Below are positions 10,611 through 18,271 of a stretch of 64,000 nucleotides of DNA, one piece after another. The notes under the pieces were generated by a model that was not told the DNA's origin, did no database searches, and was given only the letters and a program-made list of their open reading frames with translations. Source of the stretch: Candidatus Saccharimonadales bacterium (GTDB lineage: Bacteria; Patescibacteriota; Saccharimonadia; Saccharimonadales; UBA4665); NCBI GenBank assembly GCA_035478835.1, contig DATIJH010000005.1, positions 5,593 through 69,592 on the forward strand. Reading direction: 5' to 3'. Both the position numbers and the translations under genes were made by a program. Within the stretch, counting starts at the first letter, position 1. The number at the start of each line of letters is the position of its first letter.

Positions 10611-10974
10611 GGCCAGATTACCCGTAAGCCGGGTTCTGTTTTAGCCGATCATCTATCTAGTCTTGGCGTTGCCGCCAAGATCGAGCGGATTTTGTGATAT
10701 GCCCTGGCGGGAAACCACGGATGCATGATCCGAATGAGCATATCTCCTTGCAGCAGACAGGGTTTACCACTTTACACCGTCACCGGTGTAAACTACGGGC
10801 TCTTACCCCGCGCTTTTCACCCTTACCCCAAGTAAAGAGGCGGTCTTGTTTCTGTGGCACTTTCCCTAGGGTTGCCCCTGGTTGCTGTTAGCAACTGCCT
10901 TTCCCTACGCTGCCCGGACTTTCCTCTTGGTATAGTCGAAACGACTTCGCAAGCGATCAGCCGATAATCTGGCC
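10611..10974 (-). ncRNA. rnpB: RNase P RNA (bacterial type A)
   Basis: The reverse strand carries GAGGAAAGTCCGGGC (10926-10912), GGTAAGGGTGAAA, GGTAAGAGC and ACAGAACCCGGCTTA (10639-10625). The P1 helix is GGCCAGATTA (10974-10965) pairing with TAATCTGGCC (10620-10611). Confidence 0.93.
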
Positions 10975-10998
10975 ATTACCATTATACCACTTCGGACT

Positions 10999-11814
10999 TT
11001 AACTGTGGTCGTTTTGGCCAGTCTCTGCCGCAGCATCAAGCGCGTCATTCACCATACTGTCGGCGGCCTTATTAAATTCTCTCGGCACTTGCGTATACGT
11101 TACCCGCTTAAATTGCGCTGCCAGCTTCTTGACCGCATCATGAATTGGCCACAGGTCGCGGTTTTTGACCTTAAAAATTCCCAGCATCTGGTTGACGACA
11201 AGCAGGCTATCCATATATACGTGCAGAGTTTGCGCACCGAGCTTCTGTGCCTCTTCGAGCGCAAACTTGAGCGCCTGATATTCGGCCTGGTTGTTTGTCG
11301 TAACACCAAGGTATATACCTTGTTTGGTTATGACATTATCGTCCATGTCGAGCACAACGTAGCCGCTCGCAGAAGGCCCGGGATTGCCGCGGGAGCCTCC
11401 ATCTGCGAACAACTTGACCTCTGTTATTTTCGTTGTATTTTCGTCTTCAACATTCGCAACTTTATTTTTTGAAGGCGTAAAATTAAAGTGAATAATTTTT
11501 ACGGGCGTGTCGAGTGTAACTTGCGGGCCGTAATAACGACGATATGTCTCTAGCATTTCTTCTGCCGACGCAAATTGTTCACCGCCCGCGGCATCCTCGG
11601 GACTAATATCGCCAAGCCGGCGTTCCAAGACGCGATCGACACGACCAACCCCTATCGGGCGCCAGCTAGTGCGATCTTTAGGATCAACTTTATCAATAAA
11701 CTCAAGTGTGTCGTCGACAGAAATATCCTTATCATCATACAGACGCCAGGTGGAAGTTTTCTTGCCCGTACGCACAAGGTTAGCGAGGCTATGGTCGAGT
11801 TTGAGTGTCTTCAT
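10999..11814 (-). CDS. rnhA: ASCH-domain / RNase HI fusion protein
   Basis: The C-terminal half, FADGGSRGNPGPSASGYVV...NNQAEYQALKFALEEA...VYMDSLLVVNQM...REFNKAADSMVNDAL, is RNase H type 1 (DEDD residues present). The N-terminal ~115 aa, MKTLKLDHSLANLVRTGKKTSTWRLYDD, resembles an ASCH/PUA-like fold. Confidence 0.8.
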   Translation of the reverse strand: MKTLKLDHSLANLVRTGKKTSTWRLYDDKDISVDDTLEFIDKVDPKDRTSWRPIGVGRVDRVLERRLGDISPEDAAGGEQFASAEEMLETYRRYYGPQVTLDTPVKIIHFNFTPSKNKVANVEDENTTKITEVKLFADGGSRGNPGPSASGYVVLDMDDNVITKQGIYLGVTTNNQAEYQALKFALEEAQKLGAQTLHVYMDSLLVVNQMLGIFKVKNRDLWPIHDAVKKLAAQFKRVTYTQVPREFNKAADSMVNDALDAAAETGQNDHS

Positions 11815-11820
11815 AATTTA

Positions 11821-11896
11821 TGGTCAGGGTGACAGGACTTGAACCTGCGACCTCACGGCCCCCAGCCGTACGCGCTACCAACTGCGCCACACCCTG
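11821..11896 (-). tRNA. tRNA-Pro (anticodon GGG), CCA encoded
   Basis: Cloverleaf folded by hand. Acceptor is CAGGGTG/CACCCTG, anticodon loop CTGGGGG with G37, T-loop TTCAAGT. Confidence 0.9.
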
Positions 11897-11959
11897 ATGT
11901 GACCCTCCGTATTCTAACAGATACGAAACACTTATAACAAGAGCGGTCGCCTATTAAAA

Positions 11960-12088
11960 ATGGCCGGAAGCCGTATGATTTACCCGGAAAATCCAGGTGG
12001 GTACCCTCACGCAGCGACCACGGCCACTGCAAATGTTAGGTTCCCTATAGAAAAAACTATCGATAATCATTTTTGGCGTTCCGGCCAT
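11960..12088. other. unassigned 129-nt multi-helix element (structured ncRNA or MITE-like palindromic element)
   Basis: Perfect 10-bp closing helix ATGGCCGGAA/TTCCGGCCAT, extended by GCC/GGC and ATGATT/AATCAT. These enclose three internal hairpins. The 62-aa ORF starting here has no SD. Confidence 0.4.
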
Positions 12089-12113
12089 CTTTATTATACC
12101 GCTGCCGCTGCAA

Positions 12114-12794
12114 TTAACCGAGAAGAAATATGTACATTTTTTCGATAATAGTTGTCACTATGGGACTAATGATTGGAAATAGAACGACCATAAACAATAG
12201 GATGGCCATAAAGTTCAGGCTCTCGATCCGCATCATGATACGCTGCATGCCTTCTGGCGCGAACGCATACAATAGGCGCGAGCCGTCAAGCGGTGGAAAT
12301 GGAATCATATTAAACACAAAGAATCCCAAGTTCACCTGTATAAAAATACTGAGCACATTAAAAAGCTCGGTGCCTACCTGAACACTAAACCGCATGATTA
12401 GGGCTGCAGCCACGGCAAGCACCAAGTTTGTGAACGGTCCGGCAAGTCCTACGAGAGCGACTCCAAATTCTCGATATTTTACTCTATAAGGATTGAACGG
12501 CACGGGCTTGGCGGCAAAAAACGGCGGAACATGCAGGAGGATTAGGAAAATCGGCAGTAACACCGTCGTGTACAAATCAATATGTTTCAGAGGGTTAAGG
12601 GTCAGCCTGCCCTCCTCTTGCGCGGTCGTGTCACCAAGCCAGTGTGCCATAAAGCCATGCATGGCCTCGTGGAAAGCCATCGAGACAAGGATGGACGCTA
12701 AAATAATAAGCAGATCAGCTGCGGACAAACCGTTAAACATGAATGTAGTATAACAGTTACCCGGCCTTGACTCTAGAGGTAAAAACAGATACAA
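12114..12794 (-). CDS. site-2 protease family (peptidase M50) membrane metalloprotease
   Basis: HEAMHGFMAHWLGD (HExxH) lies in a TM helix, with several further TM segments and a later PPLDGSRLL motif. The likely start is the internal ATG near 12740 (MFNGLS). Confidence 0.8.
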   Translation of the reverse strand: MYLFLPLESRPGNCYTTFMFNGLSAADLLIILASILVSMAFHEAMHGFMAHWLGDTTAQEEGRLTLNPLKHIDLYTTVLLPIFLILLHVPPFFAAKPVPFNPYRVKYREFGVALVGLAGPFTNLVLAVAAALIMRFSVQVGTELFNVLSIFIQVNLGFFVFNMIPFPPLDGSRLLYAFAPEGMQRIMMRIESLNFMAILLFMVVLFPIISPIVTTIIEKMYIFLLG

Positions 12795-12823
12795 TAAGTA
12801 ACTGAAATCATAAGGAAAACCTC

Positions 12824-13027
12824 ATGCAACGATGTGAAATCACCGGCAAAGGCAAACAATTCGGGAACAATGTGAGCTTTTCGCAGCGTCACACCAAAAA
12901 AGTTTGGTCGCCGAACCTCCAGAAGAAGACCGTCATTGTTGACGGCAAAAAGGTCAAGCTCAAGGTAAGCACGCGAGCTATTCGCACGCTTAAGAAGAAG
13001 GGCTTGCTCGCTACGGCCGCTAAATAA
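12824..13027 (+). CDS. rpmB: 50S ribosomal protein L28
   Basis: 67 aa, MQRCEITGKGKQFGNNVSFSQRHTKKVWSPNLQKK. Confidence 0.93.
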   Translation: MQRCEITGKGKQFGNNVSFSQRHTKKVWSPNLQKKTVIVDGKKVKLKVSTRAIRTLKKKGLLATAAK

Positions 13028-13043
13028 TTTGGCCGAATCAAGT

Positions 13044-13073
13044 AAAATACCCCTCGTGTGAGGGGTATTTTTT
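13044..13073. terminator. bidirectional intrinsic terminator between rpmB and the MBL-fold gene
   Basis: AAAA, stem ATACCCCTC / loop GTGT / GAGGGGTAT, then TTTTT. It is nearly the reverse complement of the 10576-10608 module. Confidence 0.8.
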
Positions 13074-13088
13074 GTGATATGGGGGCGG

Positions 13089-13715
13089 CTAGGACCGCTC
13101 GACCACAATAAGCTGGGTCGTCTCGCCAAGCTCGGCCAGCTTTAGCTTGAGCTTTGTGGTGGTCTGTGTTGTTTCCATAGCCAGATTCTTGAGCGCGTCA
13201 TCGAGAGATGCCTGCGGCACCGGGAATGTGAGTGTGGGATCGTCGTAGTGTGTTGGGATTATCACCTTTGGCTCGATCTTTTTGATAAGCGCGAGTGCGC
13301 CGGTACCGTCTAGCGTATAGCCGTGGCCGCCGACAGGCACAACCATCGCGTGCACCATACCGATTGCTTCCAATTGTTTTTCGTTCAGCTCGGGATAAAT
13401 ATGCCCTACGATCAAAATTTTCATATCTTCGGCAATGAGCTTATAAATAGTCGCCGTATTACCGCCCTCTTCATCAATGTGTGCACGCGCCGGAATGCCA
13501 TAAATAGATACACCCGAAACCTCGTACTCGCCCGGCTGGTCGATCGTAATCTTTGGTTCTTGAGCCGGCGCACCATGCGCGCCAGTAAAGAGCGCAATAT
13601 CGCCTGCCTTCGCAACACTTTTGCCACCTAGGTCGGCAAGGTTATCGTCAATTGTAATGCGCGCGTTTTTGGTCGTAATAGTAACGCAGTTAGCGCCATG
13701 AAATTGTAGTTCCAT
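13089..13715 (-). CDS. MBL-fold (metallo-beta-lactamase-like) hydrolase family protein
   Basis: 208 aa. MELQFHGANCVTITTKNARITIDDNL and later ILIVGH...VPVGGHGYTLD resemble UPF0173/UlaG-like MBL proteins. A classical HxHxDH motif is not evident. Confidence 0.55.
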   Translation of the reverse strand: MELQFHGANCVTITTKNARITIDDNLADLGGKSVAKAGDIALFTGAHGAPAQEPKITIDQPGEYEVSGVSIYGIPARAHIDEEGGNTATIYKLIAEDMKILIVGHIYPELNEKQLEAIGMVHAMVVPVGGHGYTLDGTGALALIKKIEPKVIIPTHYDDPTLTFPVPQASLDDALKNLAMETTQTTTKLKLKLAELGETTQLIVVERS

Positions 13716-13723
13716 ATATCTCC

Positions 13724-14332
13724 TTATTTATCGTCTAGCAGACCACTTCTGTCGATCAGTACCTGCTTTTTTGAATCAAGCACGGTAGTCACGAACCGGT
13801 CTTTTATTTGGTGGCGATATTGAAATTCTTTGAGCGGCATAAGCGTATACCGAATCTCTTTGCCCTCTTTTTTTTCGAGTTCTGTTACAAATTTTTGCAG
13901 CGAATTCTGGTTAACGTCGCCCACGATCAGGAAGTCAATTCCGCTTGATTCGTCACGAGTAAACTGGCCGGTGTAAAGTGCAAGTTCAACGTTACCCAAG
14001 GCCTGCATACGCTCTTGCTCACTTGAAATAAGTTTTGCCTTCTTCGGAGCGCCTTTCTTTGGTTCGCCGCCGGCATCGCCTTGGCCAAAAACGGCAAGCA
14101 AGGGCTTGTAGTACTCGTAGCTCTGGTTAACCTCGTAATACAGTCTATTGTTAGTGGTATCCGAGATAATTATGCCGATATTGAGAAGGTTGGCGAGCTC
14201 GCGGCGCACCGAGTTGATCTGTTCGTCAATTTTGCGCGTGATTTCGCGTACGTAAAATGAGCGGTTTGGGTTGCTGTAGAAAAGCTGCAGCAGTTTTACC
14301 CTCGTCTTTGATCCAAACAATTGCTCAATCAT
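13724..14332 (-). CDS. winged-helix (ArsR-like) transcriptional regulator family protein
   Basis: The N-terminus LFGSKTRVKLLQLFYSNPNRSFYVREITRKIDEQINSVRRELANLLNIGII is a typical wHTH. Confidence 0.6.
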   Translation of the reverse strand: MIEQLFGSKTRVKLLQLFYSNPNRSFYVREITRKIDEQINSVRRELANLLNIGIIISDTTNNRLYYEVNQSYEYYKPLLAVFGQGDAGGEPKKGAPKKAKLISSEQERMQALGNVELALYTGQFTRDESSGIDFLIVGDVNQNSLQKFVTELEKKEGKEIRYTLMPLKEFQYRHQIKDRFVTTVLDSKKQVLIDRSGLLDDK

Positions 14333-14369
14333 ATGCCTATTGTAGCAGACGATGGACTACAACTACAGA

Positions 14370-15245
14370 TTATTTGCTCAGAAACGTTGTTATTAAGTCT
14401 TCGACTTCTACCTGTTGAGTACACCAGTGAATACTTATGTTGCGTTTGAACCATGTGCGTTGGCGTTTAGCGTACGCTAGTGTATCACGAATTATGGCAG
14501 TGCGGACTGATTGCAGATCGGCGACGCCGATTATGTAAGAGCGAATTTCTTGATAGCCGATGGTCTGCAGCGCCGGGCATTCCCAACCATAGCGGCCTGC
14601 AAGGCTACGAGCCTCATCAATGAGACCTCCAGCAAGCATAGCATCAACGCGGTGTACAATTCTCTCTTCTAACCGTTCACGGGTCGTGGCAAGCCCAATA
14701 ATAAGTGTATTTGCACGCATCTGACGCCTGCCGGCAGCAACACCACCGGTCTCAAGTTGGCGTATGAGATGGCGTGGATTCCGGACGTTCTCCGGCAGCG
14801 CAATGTTGCGCTCTTTCAAAAGTTCTTGCAGCGCCTCAACAGAAAGCACCTCAAGCCGTTTTCGCTCAGTAGCATCGCCGGGGCCGCGGAATGTAAAATC
14901 ATATATAACCGAATCAATATACAGCCCCGTCCCGCCAACCATAATCGGCAGCTTGCCACGGTCACTGATCTGATCAATGGCTAAAGTAGCTCGGGCTTTG
15001 AAGTCAGCGGCAGTAAAGGCTTCCGCGGGTTCTATGATATCAATCAGGTGGTGCGGCACGCGCGCGCGGTCGGCCGCACTAGCCTTAGCCGTGCCGATGT
15101 CCATGCCTCGATAAACCGTCCTCGAGTCAGCGGCAATAATCTCACCGTTAAATTTTTCGGCCAGTTGCAGCGCGAGCGCCGTTTTACCGGAACATGTCGG
15201 GCCGACAATAACCACTAGAGGAGCGTCGTCTGCTGAGGATTCCAC
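14370..15245 (-). CDS. miaA: tRNA dimethylallyltransferase
   Basis: VIVGPTCSGKTALALQLAEKFNGEIIAADSRTVYRGMDIGTAK, LIDII and GGTGLYIDSV. Confidence 0.92.
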   Translation of the reverse strand: MESSADDAPLVVIVGPTCSGKTALALQLAEKFNGEIIAADSRTVYRGMDIGTAKASAADRARVPHHLIDIIEPAEAFTAADFKARATLAIDQISDRGKLPIMVGGTGLYIDSVIYDFTFRGPGDATERKRLEVLSVEALQELLKERNIALPENVRNPRHLIRQLETGGVAAGRRQMRANTLIIGLATTRERLEERIVHRVDAMLAGGLIDEARSLAGRYGWECPALQTIGYQEIRSYIIGVADLQSVRTAIIRDTLAYAKRQRTWFKRNISIHWCTQQVEVEDLITTFLSK

Positions 15246-15547
15246 AACAATTCGTTCACTTTTACTCTGTAATCTTCGTCGACTTCAACGCCGTCTGCTT
15301 CAAGCGCGGCCTTATGCCCATCGTACCCGCCGTTCGGCCAGCCGCGCGCTAATCCGCCCTGCTTATTGACGACCCTTTGCCAAGGCAAATCTTCCGGCCC
15401 GGTATGTGCAATCTGGCCAACTTCCCAAGCGGCCCACGCTGCCCCACACAAGGCGGCAATTTGCCCGTACGTCATCACTCGCCCGCGTGGAATTTGCGCC
15501 ACTAGTTCATACACTCTCTGTGCAAACGCCCCATCAACTCTTGCCAT
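15215..15547 (-). CDS. alkyltransferase-like (ATL) protein, an MGMT DNA-binding domain without the catalytic Cys
   Basis: 110 aa. IPRGRVMTYGQIAAL is the HTH. The active-site position reads LPWQRVVN, where MGMT has PCHRV (Cys replaced by Trp). Confidence 0.75.
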   Translation of the reverse strand: MARVDGAFAQRVYELVAQIPRGRVMTYGQIAALCGAAWAAWEVGQIAHTGPEDLPWQRVVNKQGGLARGWPNGGYDGHKAALEADGVEVDEDYRVKVNELLWNPQQTTLL

Positions 15548-15589
15548 CGAAATACTCCTTCACATCTGCCTGTGAGATAATCGGCTTGC

Positions 15590-17437
15590 TCATAGGGACG
15601 TTTTGCTCACGCGGCTTTTAGCTTCGTGCGCTACGGTCTTGAGAAATTCGTCCACGGTGCGCGAATCAGTCGTCTCGCTGACAGCTATGTCTTTGCGGAT
15701 GCGCGGCACAACCTCGCCAGTTGCAATCTCTTTTTCGCCAATCACAATAGCGTATGGCACTTTGAGCAGCTCGGCATTACGGATCTTTTTGCCAACAGAT
15801 TCGTTGTCGTTGTCGACATGTACTCGCAGTCCGAGTTTTTGTCCTTCTTCTGCAACCTTTTGCGCAAATTCGCGCGTAGCATCCTCCTGGTTTACTGTGA
15901 TAAGCCGCACCTGCTCTGGCGCTAACCACACCGGAAACTTGCCGGCAGTATGCTCGATGTACACGCTTAGGAATCGCTCGACCGAGCCCAGTAACGCACA
16001 GTGCACCATAACGGGCGCCACCCTGTTCCCTTCGGCATCAGTGTATTCAAGCTCGAAACGCTCAGGCTGCACAAAATCGAGCTGCACTGTAGCTAATTGA
16101 TGTTCGCGGCCAATTGCATCAGTTGCCATGAAGTCGATCTTAGGACCGTAAAATGCTGCTTCGCCGTTTTCCTCAAAATACTCAAGGCCATTGGCTCGGA
16201 CCGCAGCTTTAAGCTGGCTCTGCGCCGACTCCCAAAGCTCCATCGCGCCCAAGTAGGCCCCACTTTCGTCACGGTACGACAGGCGGACGCGTAGTTTCAT
16301 GCCCACGGCTTGGTACAACTCGGCGGCCGCAGCCATCATTTTGTTTACCTCTTCTTCGATCTGGTCGTTACGGCAGAATATATGACTATCGTCCTGCGTA
16401 ATAGAGCGCACCCGGCTTAAACCGCCGAGCTCGCCGGTTTTTTCGTCGCGATATACGGTAGTCGTCTCGAGATAACGCACCGGCAAATCGCGGTAACTGC
16501 GCGGCTGCGATGCAAAAATACGCGTATGGTGCGGGCAATTCATCGGCTTCATTACAAACTGATCGCTCGTCTCTTGGCTTTTTACGAGGAATAATTCATC
16601 TCCGAACTTCGCCCAGTGCCCTGATTTTTCATACAATTCGTGTTTTGTGATGTGCGGAATCCAGACCTTCTGAAAGCCGACACGTTCGCGCAGTTCGTCA
16701 GAGAATCGCGCCAGCTCCTCTCGCAAAATAGTTCCGCGCGGCGTAAACAATGGCAATCCCGAACCAACCATATCCGAAAAAACGAAAAGGTCGAGCTCTT
16801 GTCCTAGCTTGCGGTGATCGCGCTTTTTAGCTTCTTCCAGCATGTTTAGGTACTGGCGCAGCTCCTTATCGCTAGCAAAAGCCACACCATATAGGCGCTG
16901 CATCTGCGGGTTGCCCTCTTTGCCGCGCCAATATGCGCCCGAAATGCGCATAAGTTTGAATGCGCCGACTTGATCCGTAGATTCAACATGCGGACCGCGA
17001 CACAAATCCGTAAAGTCGCCGTTCGTATAAAAGGAAACTTGGTCGACTTTACTGGAGCCATCACCTTCTACGCCAAGCTCTTCCGGATTAATGTCTTTGG
17101 CGCTCGTAGTGCCTGCGCGCTGCAAGTCGTGTAACAGCTCGAGCTTGTACGGCTGTTTTTCCTGCTCCGCCCATGTAATGGCTTCATCGATCGGTTTCAT
17201 TGAGCGAACAAAAGGCTGGGCCTCTTTGATGATCGCGCGCATGCCGTCCTCGATTTTTTCAAAATCAGCATCCGAGATCGCCATGCCACCCAAGTCAAGG
17301 TCATAATAAAAACCGTTTTCCACTACTGGTCCCACGCCCAGCTTAACCTCTGGCCAGATCCGCTTAATTGCAGACGCCATAATGTGCGCCAGGCTGTGGC
17401 GCATCGCGTGTAGTTTGTTGGATGTGTCGCCGTCCAT
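15590..17437 (-). CDS. thrS: threonine--tRNA ligase (lacks N-terminal TGS domain)
   Basis: 615 aa. HSLAHIMASAIKRIWPEVKLGVGPVVENGFYYD begins at residue ~13. Class II motifs and the anticodon-binding domain are present. Confidence 0.93.
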   Translation of the reverse strand: MDGDTSNKLHAMRHSLAHIMASAIKRIWPEVKLGVGPVVENGFYYDLDLGGMAISDADFEKIEDGMRAIIKEAQPFVRSMKPIDEAITWAEQEKQPYKLELLHDLQRAGTTSAKDINPEELGVEGDGSSKVDQVSFYTNGDFTDLCRGPHVESTDQVGAFKLMRISGAYWRGKEGNPQMQRLYGVAFASDKELRQYLNMLEEAKKRDHRKLGQELDLFVFSDMVGSGLPLFTPRGTILREELARFSDELRERVGFQKVWIPHITKHELYEKSGHWAKFGDELFLVKSQETSDQFVMKPMNCPHHTRIFASQPRSYRDLPVRYLETTTVYRDEKTGELGGLSRVRSITQDDSHIFCRNDQIEEEVNKMMAAAAELYQAVGMKLRVRLSYRDESGAYLGAMELWESAQSQLKAAVRANGLEYFEENGEAAFYGPKIDFMATDAIGREHQLATVQLDFVQPERFELEYTDAEGNRVAPVMVHCALLGSVERFLSVYIEHTAGKFPVWLAPEQVRLITVNQEDATREFAQKVAEEGQKLGLRVHVDNDNESVGKKIRNAELLKVPYAIVIGEKEIATGEVVPRIRKDIAVSETTDSRTVDEFLKTVAHEAKSRVSKTSL

Positions 17438-17715
17438 ATGTATCTCCTTTTTAGAATATAAAAAACGCGCCGGTGATTAAATACTCTCGCAAATGTATTT
17501 AATCTTTAGCGCGTCTCGGACCCGTTTTATGCGTGTCGCACAATGTGGGCGGTTCCACCGGACTTCCTTCCTATTTTGGGAAGGCACTCGTTATAGCACG
17601 TTACGTACGTTCTACGCCCACGGAGCTCGGCAGTTGGTGAGGCTGCGTCGCCGCTCGATATGTCTTTGGACTTTCGCCCGCGACAATGAACTTCTCCAAG
17701 TTCATTGTCATTATA
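17438..17715 (-). promoter_or_regulatory. T-box leader (tRNA-Thr sensing) with extended -10 promoter and terminator, upstream of thrS
   Basis: All on the minus strand. TGTTATAAT at 17718-17710. Stem-III-like hairpin CCTTCC/GGAAGG at 17584-17566. T-box motif AGTCCGGTGGAACCGCCC at 17564-17547. Terminator with 10-bp stem GATTAAATAC/GTATTTAATC plus GCGC pairs and TTTTTT at 17515-17461. SD AAGGAG precedes the ATG. Confidence 0.65.
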
Positions 17716-17910
17716 ACACATCGCAAAACTTCATCTCCACATACGACTATAGCAAGGTTGGTATTATATGGCTAGTACATTCGTGTTGTCTTTTGTACAC
17801 ACAGCTGTGGAAAAATATTTTTCGTAAATTAACAGTTTTATCTCATGCATGGTATTGCGTTTCGGCCAGCCCGTGCATGATCAACCATATTTGATATAAA
17901 TATGACCAAT

Positions 17911-17947
17911 CAAAAACGCCTTCTACATATTCGAGAAGGCGTTTTTG
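17911..17947. terminator. bidirectional intrinsic terminator downstream of tRNA-Val
   Basis: AAAAACGCCTTCT / loop / AGAAGGCGTTTTT, a perfect 13-bp stem including the A/T runs. Confidence 0.75.
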
Positions 17948-17949
17948 AT

Positions 17950-18026
17950 TGGTGGGCTCTAGAGGATTCGAACCTCTGACCTCTTCCACGTCAAGGAAGC
18001 GCTCTAGCCAACTGAGCTAAGAGCCC
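17950..18026 (-). tRNA. tRNA-Val (anticodon GAC), CCA encoded
   Basis: GGGCTCT acceptor, anticodon arm CTTCC-TTGACGT-GGAAG, T-loop TTCGAAT. Confidence 0.92.
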
Positions 18027-18102
18027 GGCAAATTCAGATAAAAATATACAGTATATAGGTAAAAAACGCAAGCACTCTTAAGGGTAAGCAACATACACAT
18101 CC

Positions 18103-18131
18103 TTGACACATATACCTCTCACTGCTATCAT
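18103..18131 (+). promoter_or_regulatory. sigma70-like promoter
   Basis: TTGACA (18103-18108), a 17-nt spacer and TATCAT (18126-18131). Confidence 0.6.
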
Positions 18132-18153
18132 AGATCAGTTAAGAGGCTTATTG

Positions 18154-18264
18154 GTGAGTACCAAAAAACCAAGCACGCTTGATACTTTCAAGCTGTTTTA
18201 TGAGGAGTTGTCTTTTTCTTCTCAGATAACAAGAATCCGTAGAATCCGTTCAATCGCTAAATAG
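18154..18264 (+). CDS. candidate micro-protein (36 aa) or sRNA
   Basis: AAGAGG (18141-18146) is 7 nt before GTG 18154 (TTG at 18151 is also in frame). The product is (M)STKKPSTLDTFKLFYEELSFSSQITRIRRIRSIAK. It has its own promoter and terminator. It is below the ORF-track length cutoff. Confidence 0.35.
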   Translation: MSTKKPSTLDTFKLFYEELSFSSQITRIRRIRSIAK

Positions 18265-18271
18265 CGAGAGC

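Noticed and set aside
10694-10891. Track ORFs inside RNA features: 65 aa within rnpB, 133 aa at 17493-17894 across the thrS leader, and the 61-95-aa ORFs at 7407-8022.
   Set aside because: They overlap RNA genes, leaders or terminators and lack SD sequences. They are better explained by the non-coding features.
11960-12088. Assignment of the 129-nt element to SRP RNA or a cobalamin riboswitch.
   Set aside because: SRP domain IV signatures (GGUCC-GGAA-GGAAGCAGC) are absent on both strands. GCCACTG and AATCC..GGTG resemble fragments of the B12 box, but they are in the wrong order. The element is too short, and no B12-related gene or any gene start follows it on either strand.
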